Of a stretch of DNA of 64,000 nucleotides, positions 1 through 8,026 are shown piece after piece (the first letter of the stretch is position 1; every line of letters starts with the position of its first letter). The stretch is from positions 33,464-97,463 of the forward strand of contig JBGCDE010000065.1 of NCBI GenBank assembly GCA_045105115.1, read 5' to 3'. This stretch comes from Pseudomonadales bacterium (GTDB lineage Bacteria; Pseudomonadota; Gammaproteobacteria; Pseudomonadales; JAUIET01). The notes below the pieces were generated by a model, which worked only from the letters and a program-made list of their open reading frames with translations, was not told where the DNA came from and searched no databases. Both the position numbers and the translations under genes were made by a program.

Positions 1-671
1 TTGGCGCTGCGGTCGTACCAGCGTTCAGCAGCTTGCTGGTTGAGCGCCCACATTTCAGTGGCGCGTTGCAAGCAACGGTCACCATTCTTGCCGCACAGTA
101 TTTCAGGTCTGCCGCGTTGCAAACCTATCAGTGCGAGCATGCGAACAATTCCATCTAACGACGGGTCAACAGGCAAAGTCCATTCGCCGCGAAGTACTTT
201 GCAGATAAGTCCGTTACTGCCTTCAAAACTTGGGTCCAGACACAGAGCTTGTTCGCCCATATTACCGGCGTGATCTGTAACGGCTGCGAAATCCAAAGGT
301 TTATCAAGCCGTAGGCTGGGTACAGGCCCTGTTTCATTTTGCAGGCGCAGTTCAATCTCACCGCCTCGAGCAAAATTGTAGAAGTCATCTGGCAGCTTGC
401 TTACACCAAACCCATACGCATCTGACGATACAGCCGTATGCACGTGCAGTGCGCCAAAGTAGGCATTGTTGAGTGGGTTGGTGTCGGCGCAATCTTCCCG
501 CTCGACAGCAACGAAGTCGGGTCGCACGGCGTCTTTTTCGAACCAGGTTTCCAGCAAGGCTTCAGTGACTGGAATTTGTTCTGTCTGATGGGTGAACCAC
601 CAGTACAAGCCACCAGCCAGTATTACGACGGTGAGAATTAATAGCAGTACGATTTTGAGGAAGGTTCGCAT
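1..671 (-). CDS. DUF3604 / PHP-like metallohydrolase with N-terminal membrane anchor (runs off the window edge)
   Basis: Hand translation from ATG at 671 (not in ORF track): MRTFLKIVLLLILTVVILAGGLYWWF...NAYFGALHVHTAVSSDAYGFG...PLDFAAVTDHA. The HxH and TDH motifs are typical of DUF3604/PHP; the frame is open to position 1. Confidence 0.8.
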   Translation of the reverse strand, partial: MRTFLKIVLLLILTVVILAGGLYWWFTHQTEQIPVTEALLETWFEKDAVRPDFVAVEREDCADTNPLNNAYFGALHVHTAVSSDAYGFGVSKLPDDFYNFARGGEIELRLQNETGPVPSLRLDKPLDFAAVTDHAGNMGEQALCLDPSFEGSNGLICKVLRGEWTLPVDPSLDGIVRMLALIGLQRGRPEILCGKNGDRCLQRATEMWALNQQAAERWYDRSA

Positions 672-712
672 GAAGCCACGCTGATTTTTTTATTAACAGC
701 TGCCAGTGTATA

Positions 713-1273
713 TCAAAGGCTTAGTAGTGCCTGCTCTATACTAAACACATGTTCATCTACATAACGCAACTCACGCAATGCAGTGGCTAGTTTCAGAACA
801 TATTCGTCATTTCGACCACTTGGGCCGATGCTTTTTTTTATCTGGCTGGCAATCTGTGCTGTGGATGCCTCCCCAGCCCACGCCGCGTTGGTTCTATCGG
901 CAACATAGAGCAAGCCCTGTTGTTGTCGCCCGTCTTCAAAGTTCAAAGTGACGAGTTGGCGAAGATAGCCATTCTTTTCTCGATGATCCAGGTGTTCGAA
1001 TACCTGAGGCTCAACCCGAAAAGCCAGGCCCTGACAAATACTGCCAGCTTGTTCTATCAGCGTTAGCACTCTGCCGGGTGCGTCAGGTGTGCCACGGTGA
1101 TCATGCGACCCTTGCCAGAAGCGTCTAGCCCAATCCTGAATACTTGCTTTGCGTTGCTCTAGAATGGGAAAGTCAATCTTGTACAGTAAAGACCCATAAC
1201 CAAACAGCCAGATCTCATCCATGGCTTGCAGGTTGTGGCGATCACGATTGTCTTCAATAGTATTGGCGCTCAA
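713..1273 (-). CDS. chaC: Gamma-glutamylcyclotransferase, ChaC family
   Basis: IWLFGYGSL, RRFWQGSHDHRGTPDAPGRVLTL, LDHREKNGY, GPSGRNDEY motifs. Start taken at TTG 1273; ORF track extends to 1300. Confidence 0.9.
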   Translation of the reverse strand: MSANTIEDNRDRHNLQAMDEIWLFGYGSLLYKIDFPILEQRKASIQDWARRFWQGSHDHRGTPDAPGRVLTLIEQAGSICQGLAFRVEPQVFEHLDHREKNGYLRQLVTLNFEDGRQQQGLLYVADRTNAAWAGEASTAQIASQIKKSIGPSGRNDEYVLKLATALRELRYVDEHVFSIEQALLSL

Positions 1274-1306
1274 AGTGTTTCCCGGTTGTATTAGGACCAA
1301 TGCAAA

Positions 1307-1498
1307 TTAGTGCGGAAAGTAAAAAATTGCGATGAGCCCCCACAAGCAAAACCCGCAGGCCACAACGCTGAACATTACGTCTGCCAGTGCGCCCGGTTCT
1401 TTGCTTTGATAATTACGCCATTTCGCTGGAAACGGTTGTGCGCACTTGTACAACAGTATCGCAAACAAGATGAAACCCAAACCCTGCAAAATACTCAT
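1307..1498 (-). CDS. Small two-TM membrane protein, hypothetical
   Basis: 63 aa, two hydrophobic segments, ATGA overlap with the upstream gene stop. Confidence 0.6.
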   Translation of the reverse strand: MSILQGLGFILFAILLYKCAQPFPAKWRNYQSKEPGALADVMFSVVACGFCLWGLIAIFYFPH

Positions 1499-2283
1499 TG
1501 CTTATTGTCTCTTGCTTGCGGCTCACTGATGTCTGCCTGAATGCTTTGGCTGGCAAGCATGGCTAAGGCCTGTTGCAAAGAATCGGGTAAACCGCAGTGA
1601 CACTCGCGACGCAAGGTTTCATATTCTTCGTTGCGCTTGTCATTCTGACTCGGTTTTGTGTGGATCAGTGAGGGTGAATCTGCTTCTGCTGCATATAGTT
1701 CAACCTTCTTTGCTGGCTGGATCGTCGAGCGACTGGTTTTGCCGTTAGCCAAACCGGCCGCAAAAGTCTTAGTGAAACCTTCTTGATCAGTCAATGCCAC
1801 TAGCTGCTCAAAAAATTCGGGTGGCAATAGCAAAGTGGTGCTCATTTTTTTTGCGGCCAAGTCAGTTGCTGGCGCTTTGGCTGCAGCGAGACTAATCGTC
1901 GGCGCGCTTACAGCGGCTTCTGATTCTTCGAACATCAATTCATCCGCCAGGATTGCGTCTGCTGCGTTGCTCTGCGCGGCCAATTCCCGGGTCGCTCCGC
2001 GACTTTTAGTCACCTGCATATCTATGTCCATGCTTTTAGTTCGCTCGGCTTGTTGTTCTGGTAAAAGTGAAAGTGTTAGTACACCAACAAGACAGCAGGC
2101 CGCAGCGGCAGGCATCCAGGTCTTCCATCGGGCAGATTGCGTAACGGGCGCGTGTTGCACAGCAAATTGCAGAATTCGCTGATCTGTCGCAGCAGATGGC
2201 GCTTCGTTGTCGGCGGCCAGTACTCGACTGACCTGCTTGGGCAGTTGCTCATCCTTTTCTTGTGCATGGTCTGGTTTATTCAT
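1495..2283 (-). CDS. Putative membrane anti-sigma factor (SbrR-like)
   Basis: ATG at 2283 overlaps the sigma stop (ATGAATAA). EAPSAATDQRILQFA motif, one TM (WMPAAAACCLVGVLTLSLL), Ala-rich periplasmic part. Confidence 0.7.
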   Translation of the reverse strand: MNKPDHAQEKDEQLPKQVSRVLAADNEAPSAATDQRILQFAVQHAPVTQSARWKTWMPAAAACCLVGVLTLSLLPEQQAERTKSMDIDMQVTKSRGATRELAAQSNAADAILADELMFEESEAAVSAPTISLAAAKAPATDLAAKKMSTTLLLPPEFFEQLVALTDQEGFTKTFAAGLANGKTSRSTIQPAKKVELYAAEADSPSLIHTKPSQNDKRNEEYETLRRECHCGLPDSLQQALAMLASQSIQADISEPQARDNKQ

Positions 2284-2836
2284 GTTGAACTCCCGCCAGC
2301 GCGGTGCGCAAAGATCTGGTGGCATACCGGAGGCGGCTCTTAACGGTTTCAGTACCGACTTTAGTAATATCAGCGATTTCGCGTTGTGAAAAGCCTTGTT
2401 GGCGCAATACCACAGTACATCTTTGTTCATCGGGCAGCTGTTGTATAACGCGCGACACTTGCGCGTTCAAAAGCTCGACTTCCGGATTTCCCAGGGCGCT
2501 GTTGTGCTCGGGTAAAGTGTCCACCACGTTGTCATCCAGAGACACCTCTTCCTTATGTTTTCGCCAGTAATCAATCAGTTTTCTGTGCGCAACCTGATAT
2601 AGGTAGGTTTTGAAACTGGCGCTTGGCTGATAGCTGTCTATATTGCGAATAATCGCCATCCAGGCTTCCTGAAACAAAGCTTCTACGTTGTCGGCCGGTG
2701 CACCACTTCGTCGCAGAAACGCAAACACAGCTAATCTATGCCTGGCATACAACACTTCGAAAGCTGACGCGTCACCGCGCTGATAAGCCATCATCAATGA
2801 CTCGTCAGCGCGCAAGCGATGCAGATAATTGGTCAA
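2276..2836 (-). CDS. ECF RNA polymerase sigma-70 factor (SbrI-like)
   Basis: DESLMMAYQRGDASAFEVLYARH, FKTYLYQVAHRKLIDYWRK (region 2), LPDEQR...EIADITKVGTETVKSRLRYA (region 4). Confidence 0.92.
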   Translation of the reverse strand: MTNYLHRLRADESLMMAYQRGDASAFEVLYARHRLAVFAFLRRSGAPADNVEALFQEAWMAIIRNIDSYQPSASFKTYLYQVAHRKLIDYWRKHKEEVSLDDNVVDTLPEHNSALGNPEVELLNAQVSRVIQQLPDEQRCTVVLRQQGFSQREIADITKVGTETVKSRLRYATRSLRTALAGVQHE

Positions 2837-4515
2837 CCAGAGTCCTTGGGGTGCTCAGAGAAACTTTGCGCTAACTCTACCAGACGAATGAGCTCACCAC
2901 GATAGCCGTGTGGGTCTTTGCCGCGAGCGCCGCGGGCCAACTCTAGCGCGTCATCGAATGTCCAGTTGTTGCTGTAGCGACCACCGCTCAGTAAACCCCC
3001 GAAGCCGGCAACACTGGCTGCAAAGCGAAGATTGTCGCTGGCATCTGCCAAAGCAGGCTCATTATCCAGGGGATTCACGACTTGCTGAAGTTCAATGCTG
3101 CGAGATTTACCCGGGCGCTTATAGCGAAGCTTCACGTAGGCTAATTCACCGTTTACGTCGGTTTCAGAGTGCTTGGTGGTATTTTTCTCATATCTCAAAT
3201 CAGCGATTTGTCTGTGCGATGCACTGCTGGGCGTAATTTCGTACAAGGCCGTCACTGTATGGCCAGCACCAATATCTCCAGCATCTACTTGGTCGTTACT
3301 AAAGTCTTCGCGTTGCAACAGGCGATTTTCGTAACCGATCAAACGGTATTCTGCGACTTGTTTGGGGTTAAACTCAATCTGAACTTTGACGTCACTGGCT
3401 ACTGTCAGAAGCGTTGCATTCATCTGTTGTACAAGCACTTTCTGGGCTTCGCTGAGGTTGTCGATGTAAGCGGCATTTCCATTGCCGGTATCGGCCAGCT
3501 GTTCCATGAGTGCGTAGTTGTAATTACCGGTGCCAAAACCAAGCGTGGTGAGACTAATACCCGATTTGCGCTTTTCAGCGATCAAGTCTTTCAGGGCGTC
3601 GAGATCAACAGTCCCTACGTTCATGTCGCCGTCGCTGGCAATGATGACGCGATTAATGCCATCTTCTATATAGTGCTGCTTGGCTTGCTCATAAGCGAGC
3701 AAAATACCGGCACTGCCATTGGTGCTACCGCCTGCCGTCAGACTATCTATGGCTTGAAAAATACGGCTGCGCTCATGGGCACTTGTGGAAGGCAGTGCCA
3801 GCCCGGCGGCACCCGCGTATGCAACCAGCGCTATACGGTCGTTCTTATTCATCTGCCGGGTCAGCATGCGCAAGGACTTTTTCACCAGCCCTAATTTGTT
3901 GGGCGCTTGCATACTGCCTGATACGTCTACTAGAAACACCAGATTGGCGGCTGGCCGAGTCTCGGACTCCTGTTCAAACGCCTTGATGCCTATCTGCAAC
4001 AATTGTCGCTGAGCATGCCATGGAGACGGCGCAAGTTCGGTGCTCACGCTAAAAGGATGAGCGTTCCCGGGCTGCGGGTAGTTGTAATCAAAGTAGTTGA
4101 TCATTTCCTCAATGCGCACAGCATGACTTGGTGGCAAGCGGCCTTCTTGTTGCAGCATGCGACGAACATTGCTGTAAGCGGCGGTATCCACATCAATACT
4201 GAATGTGGAAACAGGCTGCTCTGCGCTGCGCTGAACCCCATTTTGCTCAAATGCCAGGTAATGCTCTCGATCGGCAAAAGCAGAGGGAGCTGTCGGATAA
4301 AGCGCGAACTTTTGACTTACACTCTTTCGAAATGAAGCGGGGCCAGAGCTCATGGCCAAGTCGCTAGCGGCTTCATGCTCAAGCTCAGCGCGTGCGCTGC
4401 CGACAGTGACGGCACTTGAATCATGATGTTTGTGGGCTTGCTTGTGGGGCGCTTTGTCAGCGCAGGCCATAACTAACAAGCTAAGGCTGGCTACGAAAAG
4501 AGTGTATCTGTTCAT
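2833..4515 (-). CDS. VWA-domain lipoprotein, YfbK family (vWF_A + VWA + DUF3520)
   Basis: Lipobox LVMAC; PVSTFSIDVDTAAYSNVRR; MIDAS DVSGSM; YRLIGYENR...DAGDIGAGHTVTALYEI. Confidence 0.9.
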   Translation of the reverse strand: MNRYTLFVASLSLLVMACADKAPHKQAHKHHDSSAVTVGSARAELEHEAASDLAMSSGPASFRKSVSQKFALYPTAPSAFADREHYLAFEQNGVQRSAEQPVSTFSIDVDTAAYSNVRRMLQQEGRLPPSHAVRIEEMINYFDYNYPQPGNAHPFSVSTELAPSPWHAQRQLLQIGIKAFEQESETRPAANLVFLVDVSGSMQAPNKLGLVKKSLRMLTRQMNKNDRIALVAYAGAAGLALPSTSAHERSRIFQAIDSLTAGGSTNGSAGILLAYEQAKQHYIEDGINRVIIASDGDMNVGTVDLDALKDLIAEKRKSGISLTTLGFGTGNYNYALMEQLADTGNGNAAYIDNLSEAQKVLVQQMNATLLTVASDVKVQIEFNPKQVAEYRLIGYENRLLQREDFSNDQVDAGDIGAGHTVTALYEITPSSASHRQIADLRYEKNTTKHSETDVNGELAYVKLRYKRPGKSRSIELQQVVNPLDNEPALADASDNLRFAASVAGFGGLLSGGRYSNNWTFDDALELARGARGKDPHGYRGELIRLVELAQSFSEHPKDSG

Positions 4516-4550
4516 GTCTAAAATCTCGCGTTTTCAATGGTGTCGGCTGC

Positions 4551-4580
4551 TTAAACGCGATATTCGGGAAAAAGGGGTTA
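4551..4580 (-). promoter_or_regulatory. Putative ECF-sigma (SbrI-type) autoregulatory promoter
   Basis: Minus strand TAACCCC-N16-CGTTTAA, about 35 nt upstream of the VWA start codon. Confidence 0.6.
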
Positions 4581-4696
4581 CATGAGCCAAAAGGTAACTA
4601 ATTGAAACCGAAAAGCAGTCAGAGATGACTTTTTACCGCAGGTCCATTATGGTGCAGGGACAGTTGGTAACTAATAAGTACATTACGAGTTAAGCG

Positions 4697-5335
4697 ATGT
4701 CAGATTCGGCCACATCCCCACGTCAGCGCATTCTGTCTGCTGCTAATGAGTTGTTCTATCACTTGGGCTATCACGCCAGCAGTATCAGCGAAATCATCGC
4801 AAAAGCTGATGTGGCGAAAGCTACCTTTTACTCGCACTTTTCCTCAAAAGAAGCACTTTGCATAGAATATCTCGAACAGCAGAATCAGGCAGAGCTGGAT
4901 CTAATCCGGCAAGCTGTCAGCGAAGCAGGCGGCGCATTCGAGCGCTATATGGCCCCCGCCGTTTTAATGGAAGCCTACAGCGCGAATTCCGAACTGCGGG
5001 GCTGCAGATTTATCAATATGGCAGCAGAAGTGCCTGCAGTAGACAGTGTTTTGCGCAAGCCCGGTCTTGATCATTACGAACGTTTACGCACATACCTTGG
5101 TGAGCTGGTTCGTGATTTGAAGGAATCAGACCCACAGGCTTACACCCATATTCACGTGGCTGCGGTGACTGACACCTATTTGCTTCTGATCGGCGGTGGT
5201 CTGGCTATGGCTGAATTGTTCAATGAGCTCTGGCCTGCTCGTCATATTGCCTACGCTGTTGAAATGCTGGCGCGCCCAGCGTATTCAATTACTGATGCGG
5301 TTAACGAGTTGAAGGCGGTCAATCCGAATAAATGA
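4697..5335 (+). CDS. TetR/AcrR family transcriptional regulator
   Basis: RQRILSAANELFYHLGYHASSISEIIAKADVAKATFYSHFSSKEAL HTH; RGCRFIN C-terminal motif. Confidence 0.92.
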   Translation: MSDSATSPRQRILSAANELFYHLGYHASSISEIIAKADVAKATFYSHFSSKEALCIEYLEQQNQAELDLIRQAVSEAGGAFERYMAPAVLMEAYSANSELRGCRFINMAAEVPAVDSVLRKPGLDHYERLRTYLGELVRDLKESDPQAYTHIHVAAVTDTYLLLIGGGLAMAELFNELWPARHIAYAVEMLARPAYSITDAVNELKAVNPNK

Positions 5336-5378
5336 ACGCTGCGTAAGTATTTCTGATCAAATATCGACCAAAGGTATT

Positions 5379-5393
5379 TGATAATCATTCTCA
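5379..5393 (+). promoter_or_regulatory. Fur box upstream of bfd
   Basis: TGATAAT-C-ATTCTCA, one mismatch to the 7-1-7 TGATAATnATTATCA consensus, directly upstream of bfd. Confidence 0.8.
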
Positions 5394-5434
5394 TTCCTAT
5401 TATCATTAGAGCTGGTAAAGAATGGTTAGCCCCA

Positions 5435-5638
5435 ATGATTATCTGTGTTTGCAACAATATTTCTGACCGTCAGATTCGCGACGTGATTGATCGCGGTGCT
5501 TGCAGCATGGCTGACATTCAGGCGCAGCTGCCGGTGTCGTCGCAATGCGGCACCTGTTTCGAAAGTGCAGAGCAGGTATTGTTTGAATGCCTTCGCAGCG
5601 CAAAACGCAATCCAGGCTTGTTCTATAACGCCGCCTGA
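5435..5638 (+). CDS. bfd: Bacterioferritin-associated ferredoxin
   Basis: MIICVCNNISDRQI...SQCGTC [2Fe-2S] motif; upstream of bfr. Start at ATG 5435. Confidence 0.93.
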   Translation: MIICVCNNISDRQIRDVIDRGACSMADIQAQLPVSSQCGTCFESAEQVLFECLRSAKRNPGLFYNAA

Positions 5639-5781
5639 TTTTTCTATGTTGTCGTCAGCCAGAGGCTGATGATTGACCCTTTCTTCCCTTAATCTAAATC
5701 AATCTCATTATTGCCTTTAGTCGCTGTACTTCTTTGTTGTTTGAATCCTGCAGCTGAGCATAATAGTTATAAATATTTCGT

Positions 5782-5810
5782 TTGACAGTTTGAAGCTTCC
5801 TGCTCAAACT
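5782..5810 (+). promoter_or_regulatory. Putative sigma70 promoter of bfr
   Basis: TTGACA-N17-CAAACT, 31 nt before the bfr ATG, after an AT-rich stretch. Confidence 0.45.
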
Positions 5811-5841
5811 CCCGTTCCATCAATATAGTGGAGTAAGTAAT

Positions 5842-6306
5842 ATGAAAGGCGACAAAAAAGTTATTGAGCACTTAAATAAAGTGTTAGCCAATGAATTGGT
5901 CGCTATCAATCAGTATTTTTTGCATGCCAAGATGTACAAGGATTGGGGATTGGGCAAATTGCATGATCACGAACATCATGAGTCAATTGATGAGATGAAG
6001 CATGCGGATGAGCTGATTGAGAGAATTCTGTTTCTGGAAGGCTTGCCAAATCTTCAGGATCTTGGCAAGTTGATGATTGGCGAAGACACCAAAGAGATTC
6101 TGCAGTGTGATTTAAAGCTGGAGATGATCGCCATTCCCGATTTGCGGGACGCAATCGAGTATTGTGAAAGCAAGGCTGACTACGTGAGTCGTGATTTATT
6201 TGCGAGCATACTCGACTCTGAAGAAGATCATGTGGACTGGTTGGAAACCCAGCTGAGCTTGATCGGAAAAGTGGGTCTGGAAAATTACCAGCAGTCTATG
6301 ATGTAA
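5842..6306 (+). CDS. bfr: Bacterioferritin
   Basis: [28 protein letters not shown]...[10 protein letters not shown]...[11 protein letters not shown]; haem Met and ferroxidase residues; GGAG RBS. Confidence 0.97.
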   Translation: MKGDKKVIEHLNKVLANELVAINQYFLHAKMYKDWGLGKLHDHEHHESIDEMKHADELIERILFLEGLPNLQDLGKLMIGEDTKEILQCDLKLEMIAIPDLRDAIEYCESKADYVSRDLFASILDSEEDHVDWLETQLSLIGKVGLENYQQSMM

Positions 6307-6346
6307 GCGTCCTGAAAAGCACGCTGGACATTGCTATCATCCGCTG

Positions 6347-6598
6347 ATGTGGACGGTTTACATAATTGAAGCATCAGACAACTCCTTGTACACCGGTATT
6401 AGCACCGATGTAGAACGGCGCTGGCAAGAGCATATGAGTGGCAAGACTGGCGCAAAGTTTTTTCGCGGTCGAAAGCCCAGGCGACTGGTGTACCAGCAAT
6501 CAGTCGGCGATCGAAGTCAGGCAAGCCAATTGGAAGCCGAAATCAAAAAGCTGAGTAGGGCTAAAAAGCTGGAATTGATTGCCGCCAATGTCAGTTAA
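6347..6598 (+). CDS. GIY-YIG nuclease family protein (YhbQ/UPF0213-like)
   Basis: WTVYII...SLYTGISTDVERRWQEH...GAKFFRGRKP...EAEIKKLSRAKK. Confidence 0.9.
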   Translation: MWTVYIIEASDNSLYTGISTDVERRWQEHMSGKTGAKFFRGRKPRRLVYQQSVGDRSQASQLEAEIKKLSRAKKLELIAANVS

Positions 6599-7190
6599 CA
6601 CAAGACCCTTCTCTCAGGCGTGCGAAAACAATAAAGAACCGATTCTCAAAGTGCTTGAAAAAGCCTTTGCGCACGCGAATCATGTTCTGGAGATTGGCAG
6701 CGGTACCGGGCAACATGCCGCCTTTTTTTCCTCCAGGCTACCGCATTTGATGTGGCAACCCAGCGACGTTTTAGAAAACCTATCCGGTATACAACAGTGG
6801 GTGAACAGCGCCGGCTGCCCCAATTTGAAACAGGCACAAATATTTGATGTTCGAGATGCTGATTTGCCATCGGGCAAATTCGACGCAGTGTTTAGCGCCA
6901 ATACTCTGCACATTATGGCGTGGGAAAATGTTGAAAAAACGTTTGCGCATTTGAGCGCGCTGGGCGCCGGAACCGAACTATGTGTTTATGGCCCTTTCAA
7001 TTACCAGGGGCAATTTACAAGTGCCAGCAATGCCCGATTTAACGACTGGCTAAATCAACGCGACCCAAGCAGCGCAATTCGTGATTTCGAAGCAGTGAAT
7101 TCACTGGCCAACCGTTCAGGCTTCGTTCTGGAAAGCGATTACGAAATGCCGGCGAATAATCGACTGCTGCATTGGGTTAAAGTTGGCTAG
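6588..7190 (+). CDS. DUF938 SAM-dependent methyltransferase
   Basis: PFSQACENNKEPIL, VLEIGSGTGQHA, WQPSD, YGPF, MPANN motifs. Confidence 0.9.
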   Translation: MSVNTRPFSQACENNKEPILKVLEKAFAHANHVLEIGSGTGQHAAFFSSRLPHLMWQPSDVLENLSGIQQWVNSAGCPNLKQAQIFDVRDADLPSGKFDAVFSANTLHIMAWENVEKTFAHLSALGAGTELCVYGPFNYQGQFTSASNARFNDWLNQRDPSSAIRDFEAVNSLANRSGFVLESDYEMPANNRLLHWVKVG

Positions 7191-7225
7191 GTTTTGTTCG
7201 AATAGTGTTTGCTTAAGTATTGTCA

Positions 7226-7347
7226 GTGGCACCGAGGCTTTGGGTTGAGTGTCGGCCAGCGAGACTGTGTGAGGGAGGGCCCCCGAACACAAGCCCCCAT
7301 GGATGGGTTCACGGCGTGTCTCGCTGGCCGACACTCAATTCAAAGCC
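7226..7347 (+). repeat. Structured intergenic element, copy A (30-bp stem, A(N)GGAT hairpin loop; TwoAYGGAY-like)
   Basis: Arms 7236-7265 and 7318-7347 pair over 30 bp (2 G-U). The 52-nt interior includes CAAGCCCCCATGGATGGGTTCACGGCGT. Homologous copy at 58070-58227. Confidence 0.85.
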
Positions 7348-7414
7348 GGTCTTGATGCTCAACTAAGTGCCAGTAAGTTCCTATCTGTCGTTTGAATCTC
7401 CGAAGCAAAGCCAC

Positions 7415-8026
7415 TTAGCCTTTCTTGGTTTCATTATAAGGTCGAGTAGCGCGGTCGCCTACGGATAAGCGTGGCTCAACAGACTCTATTTCGTGCAGTG
7501 GTGTTGTAGGTTTCAATGAGGCATTAGAGCGTCTTGCCAGTTCCTGATATTCCAATGGCGCGTTTTGCATCCATTTGATTTGCGTGTCGTCCATTTCGCG
7601 CACAATTTTCGCTGGCATACCAGCTGCCATGCAACGATCGGGTAATTCAAATTCAGCCTTGATGAACGCCATCGCAGCAACCATCGCGCTTTCGCCTATA
7701 ACGGCGCCGTCCATAACCACTGCGCGAATGCCAACGAAACCATGGCGTTTAACGTGACAGCCGTGCAGCACAGCACCGTGTGCGATATGGCCGTTCTCAT
7801 CAACCCGGCATTGCTTATTAGGGAAGCTGTGTAGCACGCAACCCTCTTGTATATTGCAGCCGTCTGCGACAAAAATCTGACCAAAGTCACCGCGCAGGCT
7901 GGCGCAGGGGCCGATGTAACAATTCGCACCAATGATAACGTCACCAATAATGACCGCATCCGGGTGTACAAAACTGCTTGGGTCGATAACAGGCGCTACG
8001 CCATCAATCTCATAGATCTTTGCCAA
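7415..8026 (-). CDS. Gamma-carbonic-anhydrase-like hexapeptide protein, PaaY/CaiE family
   Basis: YEIDGVAPVIDPSSFVHPDAVIIGDV...SLRGDFG...NIQEGCVLH...HIAHGAVLHGC; TTG start at 8026 with GGAG RBS. Confidence 0.88.
   Translation of the reverse strand: MAKIYEIDGVAPVIDPSSFVHPDAVIIGDVIIGANCYIGPCASLRGDFGQIFVADGCNIQEGCVLHSFPNKQCRVDENGHIAHGAVLHGCHVKRHGFVGIRAVVMDGAVIGESAMVAAMAFIKAEFELPDRCMAAGMPAKIVREMDDTQIKWMQNAPLEYQELARRSNASLKPTTPLHEIESVEPRLSVGDRATRPYNETKKG

Noticed and set aside
1-641. ORF-track ORFs 1..273, 155..388, 401..613 and 438..641
   Set aside because: Shadows of the real minus-strand DUF3604 frame that starts at 671.
2284-2430. N-terminal extension of the anti-sigma ORF to 2430
   Set aside because: Lies inside the sigma gene; the coupled ATG at 2283 is the better start.
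7227-7245. TGGCAC leader as a sigma54 -24 box (both copies)
   Set aside because: No TTGC -12 element at the required spacing in either copy.
7116-7334. 72-aa ORF across element A, and ORFs at 57846-58507 across element B
   Set aside because: No recognisable protein features; the frames are by-products of the structured repeats.
6347-7347. GIY-YIG nuclease as mobiliser of nearby element A
   Set aside because: It is the small housekeeping YhbQ-type protein, separated from the element by another gene, and copy B has no such neighbour.
7236-7347. Elements A and B as simple terminators or CRISPR repeats
   Set aside because: Interiors of 52-88 nt with conserved sub-hairpins, no U-tract, no tandem repeat-spacer array and no cas genes.
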